DNA of 64,000 nucleotides from Vitrella brassicaformis CCMP3155 (lineage: Eukaryota > Protista > Chromerida). The translations under genes and the position numbers were made by a program. The notes under the pieces are model-generated. The model was not told the DNA's origin and made no database searches. It saw nothing but the letters and a program-made list of their open reading frames with translations. Positions 1 through 12,600 of this stretch are shown here, in pieces. The DNA is taken from contig CDMY01000278.1 of NCBI GenBank assembly GCA_001179505.1, positions 1-64,000 on the forward strand, read 5' to 3'. How positions within the stretch are numbered: position 1 is the stretch's first letter; each line of letters opens with the position of its first letter.

Positions 1-1033
1 CACTGCACGTACGTGGTCGCCCGTGTACTCGACAGCCAGAAGCTTCGGCGGCTTGTAGACGCCCTTGGCAGCCACCTCACCCTCTCCCTCTCCCTCTTCC
101 TCAGGCACCTCCCCTTCGCCCTCCTGCTCATCGCTCTGCTCCATTTGGTCGTCGTCGGCTTCATTTGGGTTCATCAGCTGGTCCAACCGGGGCCTCAGCG
201 GCTGCGCAGCCTCACTGGCCGCCTCTGACATGCACACACACGCGCGTGTGAGTGGACCGATTTCGTTGTTGCATGTGGGGTGCATTGTCTGTGGGTGAGT
301 CGAGTCACCTTGGATTGGTTTGGCGGCCATGTCGAGCAGTCTGTTGACCTGGTAGGCCAGGCGCTGGTCGATGGGGCGCATCTTCTCCATCAGAGTGCGC
401 AGCAGCACCAGCTCGTCGACCACGGGGTGGGGGCTGACCGACGCACTCTTCACCTGAACCACATCAATCGGAAAACGTGTGAGAATGTGTGTGTGTGTGC
501 GTGATATGGATGGATGGCTGACCTTGAGCAGCGTGTAGTACGTGAGGTAGATGGTGTAGGTCAGCAACAGCTGCGCCTTGACGTCGAGATACGAGATGCC
601 CTGACACACACACACACAGCAGGTCTATATGCCTCTGCCTCTGCCTCGCCCATCCCTCTCCTCGCTCGCCCACCTTGTCCACATGAATGCTGGTCCCATC
701 AATCGTCTCGTTGAGCGACTCAAGCTTCTTCCGCAGACTCTCAGCCTTCCCCCTCAGCTGGCCAAGCGCACTCAACACTCCCTCATCAGCCACATCCTCG
801 CCATCCACACGCAGCAGCTCATCCCTGCTGCTGCCCTCACGTCGAGACGAGCGGGATGTGCCATCTGGCGGGGCAGCGAAGCGGCGGAGCGCCTCATAGT
901 CCACGAGCGGGTCCTCGACAGCATCTCTCTCGGTGTCCGCGTGATGATCTCCATTCATCAGCTCGGTTTGCGAGTTCAGGGCGTTGGCAAGGTCTCGTAG
1001 TCGCCTTAGGCGCTCGCTGGTCGGAGGCCTCAT
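1..1033 (-). CDS. NGDN: Neuroguidin/Lcp5-like protein (Sas10/Utp3/C1D domain, SSU processome); multi-exon, 3' end runs off the window
   Basis: Spliced minus-strand exons read GISYLDVKAQLLLTYTIYLTYYTLLK and HPVVDELVLLRTLMEKMRPIDQRLAYQVNRLL (Sas10/Utp3/C1D-like), then an acidic linker and GVYKPPKLLAVEY. YKPPKLL fits the YxxxxL-phi eIF4E-binding consensus known in neuroguidin. Start codon is uncertain. Confidence 0.75.
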
Positions 1034-1233
1034 GATTTCGAGATCTCACCTTCTAAGCTCGCAGTTGGATCGCTGGTGGCTCCCGCAGAAGGCTGAGCAC
1101 AGCACAGTACAGCATAAGATCGGAAACGTGAGTGCGTCACAGCAGACAAGAAGGTAGATACAGCGATAGATAGATCTGTATTTGACCATGCGTTGTGTTG
1201 TGTGTGTCTTCTCATACAGGTCATCCATCGCCA

Positions 1234-1698
1234 ATGCCCCGTTTCCCTCTGCATCGGCTCTCCCAGCATCTCTCGCCTGTTCGCCGCCTCGCCACAGACA
1301 TACAGCTAACGGCCGGCGGCAGACACGTGTGGAAGACACTGAGTGCATCGCACTGGCAGCAACTGGTCGCCCGCAACATCGAGAGGCGACTGGCGGATCT
1401 CGAGAGGCAGCGAGGCCATACCGCGGCCATGCACGCGAAGATGGAGGTGCTCGAGGCACAGCTGGCGGCGTGCAAGAAGCCTCTTGATGCCAGACCGAGG
1501 TGCCTGGCGGACGTGGAGAGGACCATCACGGCGCTTCGAGGCGCGGCGCATCGGCCTGCAGCCAAGCCCACGAGCTGCGGGGGACGGCTCTATGAGCTCA
1601 TCGTTATTTTGGCCCCTCCTTGCTGTTTCGTTGCGGCCATGTTGACTGAGAACGTCTTTCTCTTCTGCTTGGGCCTTTTTATATTTGCGGTTTTCTGA
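1234..1698 (+). CDS. Hypothetical coiled-coil protein with Arg-rich N-terminal leader and hydrophobic C-terminal tail
   Basis: ATG 1234 follows a probable 5'-UTR intron (GTGAGT ~1128 to CAG 1219). The MPRFPLHRLS leader is shared with the ORF at 24090. Heptad-like middle region; C-terminal LIVILAPPCCFVAAML...FLFCLGLFIFAVF. Confidence 0.6.
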   Translation: MPRFPLHRLSQHLSPVRRLATDIQLTAGGRHVWKTLSASHWQQLVARNIERRLADLERQRGHTAAMHAKMEVLEAQLAACKKPLDARPRCLADVERTITALRGAAHRPAAKPTSCGGRLYELIVILAPPCCFVAAMLTENVFLFCLGLFIFAVF

Positions 1699-1704
1699 GC
1701 GGTC

Positions 1705-2530
1705 ATGCGGTTGCCTCTGCCTGGCTGGCTCTCACGGTGGTCGGGCGTGCATCCCAGCACGGCAGCAAAAGACAACTCAGCTGCTGCAGCACGATTGATT
1801 ATGCAGTGGTTGAAGCGAGGATCCAGATGCCCACTCAAGGCCACCGAAGAGCGCCTGCGGGCGCCGCTTGCCGTGTCTGGCCGTGCCTGCTGTCATTGTC
1901 GGCATGGGTGTCTGCGTCCTTTGTGGATCTGCAGTGACTGCTTTGCTGCGGGCCATTTGTGGGGCCAGTATGTTCGCATGGCTGAACTCACCTTTGCGTC
2001 GGCTGCGTGTCGATCCGTGCTGCGAGACCGGTCATGAGCCGATCGAGTGGTTATTCAGCCGCTGTAGGCTAGCCGGTGTGGCTGCTGTAGACTACTCGCA
2101 CTGCCAGTGGCTGCCTTTTGTATGATGTGTGTGGTGGGATCGATGTCTTGTGTGTGTCGGCTGTGTGTTCGCGGCAGAGAGACATTGGCGTGAGGATGCA
2201 ATCGAGCAGTAAATGAATGCATTGCCAGCCGTGATGGATCGAAAGGTCTCACAGACAGCCAACAACAGTCCATCCATCCGTCCCACCGCTGCTAGCCACT
2301 CGCATCATCCACCTGCACGCATCTACGGCCCGTTCGGTGTGTCTGTCTATCGGTCTTCGGTCGGGCGCCTTCCGCTTCCTGACGGCCCCATGGCGATCAG
2401 CCCCGTCGCCCTCGCTTTTGCTGTCCTCGGTATCGTTGCCCGCCTCTCCCTCTCCCTCTCCCTCCCCGCTGCTATGGCAGCTCTTGCGCTTGCCGGGCCG
2501 CTGTTGCTGCTTGCAGATGTGTTGGTCTGA
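1705..2530 (+). other. Short hydrophobic ORF fragments, possibly a degenerate membrane-protein gene
   Basis: LAVPAVIVGMGVCVLCGSAVTALL (1868-2125) and MAISPVALAFAVLGIV...LLLLADVLV (2392-2530) are hydrophobic, but I could not join them into one reading frame. Confidence 0.2.
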
Positions 2531-2769
2531 ATGAATAAGATGACGCAGAATGGAAAGATGGAAAGATGGATGGATGGACAGAGACATAAATCTTCTTGCG
2601 CACTCATTATCCATGTCCACCCCTCCCACCCACCCACCGGCTGGCTTGGCTGCTGTTGGCCGGAGGCCTCCTTCGGTGGGGCGGGTCTGGGGACCACAAA
2701 GCCCTAACGACAAAGACAGACAGACAGACAGACGGACAGACAGACCGACAGACAGACAGACAAGGGGAG

Positions 2770-4477
2770 TCTGTCACTTCGTCGGTCGGCTGCATTGTCC
2801 GTGAGGGCATGTGTGCATCTTCTTTCTTCCTTGCTTCCTTCCTTCCTTCCTTACCGCGTCGGTCACCCACTCCTGAAGGCCTTTCTGGTGCTCGGTCTCC
2901 TCCACACAGCCGTCCAACCTGCACACATGCGCAAAGGAAGACAGATGCTCTCTCTCTCTCTCTCTCATTGGCGTGTCTCCACTTGCTTACAGGCTGACTA
3001 TGGCGGCCATGCGATCTTTGATGCCTTCGTACACGGCGACCTCGAGCTTCCCGAAGGGCAGTTCGTCAACCGTAGCGAACAGCCTTCTCAGCCCACCAAA
3101 GACCCCCTCACGGATGGATTCTGTGCGCATGCGGAAACACACACGTAACACGTGTTGATTGATCCCCTCACTCATACACACATCTCTCTCTCTCTCTCTG
3201 TCTCTCTCACCCACCGGGCATCATGTTGGCGACCTCCCTGCGCCATCTGGCCTCCATCGCGTAGCGGGTCTGGACGAAACGCTCGACGGCGTCCGTGACC
3301 TCATTGTCGTCCCACCCCACCAGGAGGGAGGGTACTTGGCCAAGGTCGCCTTGAGCAGCTTCGCGCCCTGGTATGGCGCCCAGCCAGTGCGCGCGTTGGT
3401 GCTGAGGAGGCTGAGCACAAACCGCACGCTCATCGAGAGGTCATCCCTAAGGAGGGAAGGACAGAATTGGGACAGAAGGGAGGAAAGAGACAAGGAAGAG
3501 GAACACGAGATATGCATGCATCGGTCGTGTTTGCACTGGCTAAGTGCCTGACGGACCTGCGCGATAGCTGGCGGCCATTGAAGCTCTGGAAGCTCGCGAA
3601 GGCCAGAGTGCCACGCATCGTGTGGCGTCTGCTGACCCGGTGTCGCTCCGTCTGCCCCGGCTGCTGGACGAGCGCCTGCGAGCGACTGAAGTCGATCAGC
3701 AGAGCACGAAACGGGCTCTGACACCCGACACAGGGGGAGAAAGGCGTGCATGCATCAAGCATGCATCAAGCATGCATCGGTTTCCTTCATCTCTGTCAAA
3801 ACACACCTACCCTGTGCGGGAACATGATGTTCCCCCAGTTGTGGTCCAGGTGCAGCACCTCGGCGGCGTGGAGCTCCTCGAGGTCAGTTACCTGCATTGC
3901 ATGCAATCAGATAGATGGGTGGACCTGATCAATATACTCGTGCATGCAATCGTACCACATCGATGGCCGTCTGCAAGATGGCTGTCTGCAAGATGGCCGT
4001 GAGGGGTGTGGGCAGGCCAGTCTTGCCGCTGTATCCCTGCGTCACCGTCAGGAGGTCGCACTGCAGCTTCTCGAAGAGCGGCAGTGGCCTCTCTCGCCCT
4101 CCGCGCACCATCACGCTAGCCACCCCTATCAGCCGTGGCACTGGCAGCACCGCTCCCCTCTCCTTGGACCCCTCCCACACTGCCCTCACCCTTTTGGCCT
4201 CCAGGACGATTTCCGCGTCTTTCGCCTCGTGGAGGGCCATCTTGCCGACGGCTTTTGCTGCGGGGCGGGCCACATTGGCCAGAAGAGTGCAGCTGCCGTC
4301 GGCGCCGCTCCTCAGGGTCTTTTCTGGCCGGTAGGCCGTCATCATCCTGTCTCCCCCTGGCCGTGTGGTCTGCAGCGTCACCCTGCTGCAGAGGTAGGGG
4401 TACGGCACGGAAGGCGGCGGTTCTGGCGAGCCGTCTGGTGGCGGCGGGCTCTGCATGGCTGGATGGGGGGTGGACAC
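2770..4477 (-). pseudogene. Highly divergent CK1-superfamily protein kinase, frameshifted (copy 1)
   Basis: Spliced exons give Gly-loop SGADGSC, AVGKMA, catalytic loop HLDHNWGNIM, LLIDFS, RGTLAFAS and QLSR|RDDL (intron 3447-3556), then APYQG and a C-lobe LFATVDELPFGK..YEGIK. SRRDD and the absence of APE are CK1/TTBK/VRK hallmarks. An extra CCCAC (~3311-3320) relative to copy 2 shifts the frame before subdomain XI. Confidence 0.7.
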
Positions 4478-4997
4478 ACTTGTTCGAAAGCGCTCTCTCA
4501 GATGTGGCGAGAACGGCGCTTGGAAGGCTCAATATTGAGGCGGAGGACTTTTGCGAGATCAAGCTAGGGGCGGTATAGGGTGCCGCAATTGGGATTTGAG
4601 ACAATCTGAGGACAGAGGGGCCCCCGCGGATACACAGGCTGATTGGTCGACCTGCACCAGGCCAGTCCTCTGGACAATCCATTTATAATATGTTACGCAA
4701 TGTGAGAGTCAGTGTTCCGGTCAAATTGACTGGTCTTCGAGCTTCAGCCATCCCTTGCCTTGTGAGATAGAGACAAACGGGCACTCTTTGTCTTCTGTCA
4801 TGTGCGGAGCGTGTGATACGATGAAGATACCGAACGACACCGACCTGGCAGGTTATGTGTCAAAAGCACTCATGCAGACACTGTCCACACAGAACGCGTA
4901 CTGTACGTGCAATCTGCATGCTTGCGGCAAGAAAGGCGGGCGGAAGGAAACAGAAGCAAAGTCTTAGAGACACATGTCGGCAAGAGAGCCCGATTCC

Positions 4998-7900
4998 TTA
5001 GCTTATGCTGCCCCTGCGACCACCACGGCTAGCTGAGCTAGAGTTGCTGCTCTCGTTCTCCATGTCACCCCACACCGGCACCGTCTCATGGAAAGTTCGG
5101 TGTTGGGGCAGCAGGCCGGGCTTGCGTCTGGTTATTGGGATGAGCGACCGCTCCGGCGGTGAATCAGACTCGACCCGAAATACAGCCGATTTGGCTCGTG
5201 TCAGCCTCGATTTGGTGAGTGTGCTTGTCAGCGTTGCCGTGACATTCGTGGCCAGCGTGGAGATGAATTTGGTTGGCTCGAATGGCGAGGAGGCCGGCAA
5301 AGGCCCCAACAGCGACGCAGGTAGCTGCCCGCTTCTCGTGTCCCGCTTGGGGTTGGTTGCGGGGACGTCGTACTGATAGACAAGAGAGGCGCGTCTGCTG
5401 TTTTCATCGTCAGCTGTTCCTGTCTCCTCCTTTGCTGCTGTTGAGTCAACAGCCGATGCGAAGAGCTCGTTTGCGGGGTTCGCGCCGCCGATAGACGACG
5501 GCCGCCTTCCGATCCGCTGGGCACCGAGAACGCTGGTCATCAACCGGTCCGGCTTCTCGAAGCGAGCAAATGATGACGGCAAGTGCTCTCTGTCCGCCGC
5601 TATGCTGGACGATCCGGTCGAGTCAGATCGGTCCTTGTGGATGGACCAGCGCTTGAAGCGGCTGCTCAACTCGTCAAAGATGTACCTCTGATTGATTGAT
5701 CATCCAGTTGGAATGTGTTGAGGGACAGCTGGGGGTCTCTTACAAGCACCTGTGCATGCGTGAGCTCTTCAAAGGTGATGTCCTTGAGAGAAGCCGTCAC
5801 CTCCCGCAGCACCTCATCATCTGACACACGAATGGGCAACAGACATTCGGTCAACCTCTTTCCCTCCATCTTCATTTGACAGACCTGCTTCGTCTTTGCC
5901 AACGCCCGCGTCCTCCTGCAGGAGGTCCAGCTTCTCCTGCACAATTCCCCTACATGTCGGAGAACCCATCCCGCCCTGCAGCTCGCTCATCTGACATCCG
6001 ACATCCAAGGTTCCCTCAAACGCCTGTGTGCGACACGACAAATGCATGTCTCATCATCGTGCGTGAGCGTGTCATGTCTCTGCTTACCGCGTCTGACATG
6101 AGGATCTCCTCGAGAGGCATCATGTCTGCGTGGTGATCTTTGACAGCATAGTCCAGCATCAAGAATATGCCCCGCATTTCGTTGAGCGTGACTGTCAAGT
6201 GCTCCTCGTCCCTCGGGTCGCTTCTCGACAGGTACGCCTTGATGTCCTCGCCGAGGTCCTCACCCATCGCCTCATCCAAGGCAGCACCGTGCTCCTGAAA
6301 GACACATGTGCGTGGAGACATGAAGCTGATTTTCGTGTGCATCCGTGTGTGTGACAAGCTACGTCCAGTTCCTCTTCTGCCGTATCCCAAATCCCGTGAG
6401 ACGACTTTCGCCCACTCCTGGAGATAAGTAACACAGGCACGGACAAAAATATGTCGTTGCGTAGAGAAGCTCTGTTCACTTCTACCCACCCTCTTCTGGC
6501 TGCTGGCGCAGGTTTCCCGCCTTTATCATCCTTTTGTCGCCCCTCGTCGACCGCAATGCTTATCCTCTTCTTGGGTGAATGGTCCTTATCGTCAGCGTCG
6601 CTGTCCAGGTGGTCATCCGATGAATGGATCTTGACAGAGGGCCTCTTGTGGGTCTTGATGTCACTCCTTGTCCGTCTGAACATATGCTGCTGCTCGTGAA
6701 GCGGCCCTCGTCTCTCAAGACTCAGCTTTCGCAGCTGCTTCTCAATCTCGGACATCATCTGCACACGAGTGCGTGTGTACTGACTGATGTGTGGGGAAGG
6801 GGGACACGGGTCTTGTCTTGGCATCTTGCCTCTATTCTGCGTTTGTGGACTTTCTTTTTCTGGGTGTCCACTCTTAGGTTGTGAAGGGCCCGCTCGAGGC
6901 AGGTACGCTATTCGATTGACGAAGACACATACAGGCAGATAGGTGCGCACTTAGAAAAGAAGGGGTGTACCTACCTTCAGAGCAGGGAAGCTGGCACTGA
7001 TCCTCTTGAACGCTTCTTTAGGCAACACACGGACGTCACAGAAGGTCTCACTCACCACTGTGAAGGTTCTGCGAGCCGCATGCAACACGAAGGATATGTG
7101 CATGCCATCGCTGCATATCTGTGGCCAGGTGACCTTTCTTTGAGTATGTCGAGCATCATGAACTCCCCGAACACAGCGTGCTTGCCCAAATGTCCCACTA
7201 ATTCCCTGTTCGCTCCAAGCATTTTTGCCCGCCCTGCATCCCATACAGAGTAACACCGGAAGACACACAATGACGGTGTCTCCGTCTCACCGTCAGCAAT
7301 CACAAAGAGCGACTGGTTGGTGGTGTCTCCTTTGCGGACGATGACCTCGTCGGGCCCATAGAAGGTCATCTGGAAGGCCAACACGAGCTTAGCGGCGCAC
7401 ACACGAGGGATGCCCTGTATCCATGAAGTGCAAGAACAGGCGACCAGATCCCCTCCGATCTGCCGTGTGCGTGTCGGCTTGCTCGCCTTGAGCACATCAA
7501 TGTTGTCGACTATGTGTCTGTTGATGAAAAGGATGACCTCCCGCATCAACACAGGCGGCAGCTCTGACCGACGACATGAAGTGGTTGTGTTACAGGGATG
7601 TCGCATGCATACGATGCGTGCAGACGTCGATTAAACCTACCAGCCAGGATCCGGCTCTGCGTCTCCACCGCTGCGCCGCTGATGAGAGAGAGGGCGACGC
7701 GCACACTGCTTTCTGTGTGTCTCTTTGTTACCTACCCCTTTTTCATTTTGTTTTGGAGGTGAAATAGCTGACGCATTCGGGCAGCAAGGGGACCAGGGAT
7801 GGCTGAAAGAGATCAATAGACACCGGGTAGCCTTGTCTTGTCCTGATGTGTGTGCGTGTGTGTCTTGTTGCTTCCTCACTCTTGCTCTGACAGAGTTCGT

Positions 7901-9488
7901 ACAGCAGATCCATCTTATGTCGGAAGTTTTTCTGCGCCTCGTACATCTCCTTGTAGAAGTTGATCGACGACGTGATCCCGTAACTGCGCATAAAGGACAC
8001 ATACACCGACCAGAAATTTCGTGTGTGCGTGTGTCTCATGCATCATCGGCCCACGCGAATATGCATGAGCCGATGATCATCCCCCATATGGCAAAGTGCC
8101 GCTCCTGGGGGGTGGTCAGCAGCGGGGAGCCATAACCGACAGACGACATGCTGAGCGTCGTGTTGATCGAGACACAGAAGAGGCACAGAGACACGTACAT
8201 TTGAAATGCAAATGTCTCCTTCTTTTTTGTCTGCTTTCGTGATTACGGACGTCTGCAGCGTCCACACAAGAGCCAGCAGGTACTGCTTGGCATGTGCCTT
8301 GCCTTCCACCTCATTGACAGCCAGCCACTCCCTGCCGTCATCCTGAATCACGCTCACACACATCATGAAGAAACAGGGAGACATCTCGTGCCGGCTGAGT
8401 CTCTGACCCTCATTCGGTGCCCCATGATGAGGAGCACACAAGACAGCCAGTGGACAGAAAGGAGAATGAGGCCCACGAACTTGATCAGCTCCAGCTCACT
8501 GATCCTCAGAAACAGCCCGTTCTTCCACTGACGCAAGATGCGGCCCTGCACACACAAGCAGCAGTCCGTTGCTTTGCATGCACGTGTCTGGCTGGGTATG
8601 TGTGTGAGATACCATTCGGAGCAGCCGGAGGAACTTGATGATTCGGAACGTGTCGATAAATATGGTGAAGGGAATAGCAAAGACAAGAACCTCGTAAGGC
8701 AAGGCGAGGGCCTGGCCGACACACAACAGAGCAAAATCTGCCTTCATGATCACCTTGCTGCCCCGCCTCATCACGCACCAGGTCAGGGAAGAACCACGAG
8801 GAGCGATACAGTCTGCCGATATACGCAAGATCTGTCACCATGTGGCCCTCCATCTCTACGGCCGTCCGCAGCTGCACCGCCACGTCAGCCAAGAACAACG
8901 CATCCAGCACACGCTCCACCTGACAATCACACATCACAGACACACACACAAGTGGCATGTTTGCCTGTGGGGCTGTCTCTTCCCTTGCTGACTCACCCAG
9001 AACCATCCGCCTTCGTCCTTGATGTGGTATCGCTTGGTGTCTGGTTGGAATGCGAGGGCGATGGGGATCCCGAAGGCCAGCATACAGATAGCCCCCAGCA
9101 TCACAAACGACCAACCGATGCTCCATGCACCATATGGTAGCTGAATGCATCATTAAAGGAAGCAAGGAAGATTAAGATAAGGAAAAGCCCCCCTTCCTTT
9201 GGCTGACAGGCTTACCAGCACATACTCGCCATCATTGTCCTCCCCATAAACGGAGGTATACGAAGGCGCAGATCTGACAGCCTTGAGTTGCGACGAGAGG
9301 TATCGTGTCATGTACATGGACTTTCGCTGCAGCCTGTCGAGGCGACACAACGCCCACACCCGTCTCCCGAACGCCCGAAGGGCTGCGGCCAGGGGGGACT
9401 CGGGGGGCTCCGACGACGAAGTCTCCTCTGACCGAGGAATGTCGCTGTCCTCATTCAACGTCTGCGGTGGCTTGATAATCGACTTCAT
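4998..9488 (-). CDS. Cyclic-nucleotide-binding six-TM cation/potassium channel (KCNH/HCN/CNG-like), multi-exon
   Basis: S1-S3 hydrophobic exons; S4 FRIIKFLRLLR; pore QTMSSVGYGSP; S6 FAIWGMIIGSCIFAW; C-linker YKEMYEAQKNFRHKM; CNBD FYGPDEVIVRKGD..LFVIADG and the spliced phosphate-binding cassette FGEFMMLDILKE|RTFTV; long low-complexity C-tail. Start is 9488 or 9512. Confidence 0.9.
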
Positions 9489-9673
9489 TGTCGAGAAGGG
9501 GAACCCGTTCACACACGACGGGGATCAGGTCACGGTAGGATGGTTTGCAAGACGGAGACGGATAAGAAACCCCCAGCAGACCCCCATCACCGATCGTAAA
9601 CTTCACCCCCGTCCATCTACGACGTTGGACTGAGAATCTCGCTGAGGGTAACCACTAGAGTCGCTCGTCCCGA

Positions 9674-12600
9674 ATGTGGCCACTGGTGTTGCTCTTGATC
9701 CACTGGCTGCACGGCGACCGGCTGCTCATCCATGGACGGCCTCCCTTCCTGCAGTGCCACGCACACGCCCTTGGCAGGCACGGACAAAGAGCCGACTACA
9801 CGAGCACCTTTCTGTCCTTCTTCCGACCGCTGAAGAAGGCCACTCGGAGGCGGCGAGTCAGGAGCCCGGGCGGGACTGCGAGTGAAGAGATGAGCAACTC
9901 GGCTGCGCCAAAAGACCGGAAGACCGCTGCAGTGCAAAAACTTTATGAGGACTTGTTACACGAGTTGCAGCTCATCCAACAGAGGAATGAGACAAACCAG
10001 CCGACCGAGGCACCGAGGGCGTCGCAGCCCCCCACTGGGACAGGCAGCAAGGACGAGGCCAACCCTGCCACTGTCACTCCCGCGGAGGCTAACAAGGAAC
10101 ACGAGTCGGCCCAAGAAGTCCCTCCGGACCTTGTTTGGCGACGATACGCGAACGACAAGGGTACAGGGATGCATGTGTGTCTTGTGATTGTATGCCGGAC
10201 ATCCTTGAGGCTCTCTCTTGTGTCTGCGTGTCTGCCTGCCTGCCCATCCAGCCGCTGCATGGAGCGCTGCAGTGACGGCTCTCGACATCAAAGCAATGGA
10301 GGAGCTGCTGCGATTGGGATTGCCATCTAAGGAAGTCGACCCCAATCAGCCCTTCTCATCAGCTCCCCCCGTACTGCCTCTCTCGTTTGCTATCCTCCGC
10401 AACGACCTAGACGCTGTGCGACTGCTGCATGAGGGAGGAGCTGACCCCAATGCTCCATCACCATACTGTGGTGTGGCGTCAGAGAAGGACGAGAGACTTG
10501 TGGTATCCCGCGGACCGATCGACACCCTCTTCCTCACCTTCACGCACGGCACCGCCGTTGAAGGCCATGGAATGAGTGCATTAAACTACGAGTTCTTTTA
10601 CAAGGCGTGGGACATCCTTACTGACCGGCAGCACGAAGGCAACGTCAAGCCGTCCCGTTTCGGTGTGCAGCGCCTCTTCATCAATTCCAATATCGAGGAC
10701 CCGTGCTTCAAGCGGCCCAGGCTTTTTGACATCATTTTCCGCTCGCCCAAAGACGGAACAATCAATCTGCTGCAGCCGCTTGAGGAAGGTCCTGAAACTA
10801 TAAACTGGACGAAGACCGACGCCGCCGGCAACACCGTCTTGCACATAGCTGCGGCAGGCGGCACAGCTGCTCTGATCCGCCATCTTCTCAAAAGGCCTGA
10901 GGTGACGCCTTTGCTACGCCAGCGGGACAAATGCGGGAGGACGCCGCTCACGAGCGCTGTGTGCGGTCTGACCATCGCACCGACACGGATCGGTGGTTAG
11001 TTCAAAAAGAGGATCGACGCGGCCTCTTTCATGCAGCGAGATGAAGAAAAATGGTCCTCATCTGTGGGAAGCTCCTCTCGCACGTCTCCATTCGAGTCGG
11101 CCGCGGAAGAGTACGGCTATATCGCAGCGCGCATCGAGTATGACGAGGAATACATGGACAGACTCCACGTGCTCGTCAGGGACGCGGGGCTCGCCACCAA
11201 TCAGCCGATACAAAGAGAGAGAGAGGGGAATGAAAGACGACGTAAGGAAGGCTGCACTGCTGTCTTGTCTCTGCGCGTGATGACCCTTGGCTTGTGTGTG
11301 TGAATGCGTGCATGTAGTTGTCGGAAGAAGACGCGTGTGGCGGGCTGTACCCCTTGCACTGCCTTACGATGCAGCACTTCCAGCATCGAGGAGACCTCAC
11401 AAAGCGAGTCGCGGAATTACTGGTGGAAAACTGTAGGCAGGCTACTACTTCATCAATGGCACTGAGGCAGACAGGGAGCGAGCCGAGAGAGAGAGAGAGA
11501 GGGAGGGAGGGAGGGAGACACCCACGCTTTCATGTCCCAGCATCTGCTGTCTCTTTGTGTGTGTATGTGTATGTGTATGTGTGTGCGTGCAGACGCCGGT
11601 AAGAATGCCTATGAGATGAAGACACGCGTCAACTCTGTTGACAACACGGGCAGAACACCACTGTACGTAACAACAGTATGTGTGTATTAGACCAACCCAT
11701 GTGGGCGTTTCGATGTGTGCAGGCATGTTCTGGTGGCCGATTACCCCCGGGACCCGAAGAAGGGTTTGAACACAATCCGCCACCTCCTCAATCGAGGCGC
11801 CGACCCAAGCTTAGGCATCAAAAAGAGAAGGGCCATGAGCGAATATGAGGGCACGGTGCTCGACGACCTGCCGGGCATCGGCGTTCCACGCAAGTTTGGG
11901 GACGCGTCGGAAAGGCTGATGACCCTCAAAAGCATGCAGATGGAGCAGCAGAAGCAACATATTAGGTCGTTCACGCAGATGAAGACGACTGAGGGTCAGT
12001 CGCTAATCTGATTCTCCGCCGCACACAAGAAGCACATGAATGGATTTTTATTGTTCTGGCGTCAGAATTGACAGCCAGCAGTCATTCTCTCGGCGGAGGA
12101 TCAGTTATGGATCCGTGCAGCCCCACCCCAGCGCATGAAATTCCCGGTGTCTACTATGTGATAGACCATTTGAAGGTGCGGCCATGTCAGGAGGGCTGGA
12201 CAGCAGTGCATCTCGCATGCTGGCACGGGTCAGCGAGACACGGAGGAACACCTGCTCGTCATTTATTGAGCTGCCTGAAATGGTGGGTGCAGGTCGTCCA
12301 ATGTGATTAGTCTGCTGATGGATGGTGCGTACAAGGCTGACCCCAACGCACGCACGGCAGAATACAGCAGGACGCCATTGCACATATTCCTGGCAAACGA
12401 AGACACGGCGGTGAGCGAAAGACCCACTCTGCATCTCCCCGCGCCATGTGATCTGGTGTGCAGTCGGTGAACTTGAGGACCACTGTGTTCCAGCTGACGG
12501 AGAGAGGGGCCGATATCAATGCGGTGGACGGCAACGGCTTCACTCCCATATTCTATTTTCTGGCGTCCCTGACGTCCTACCATGACCAGCCATGGATTCT

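Noticed and set aside
4681-4690. TATAAAT-like box upstream of the kinase
   Set aside because: A single AT-rich patch with no TSS data, about 200 nt from the ATG of a probable pseudogene.
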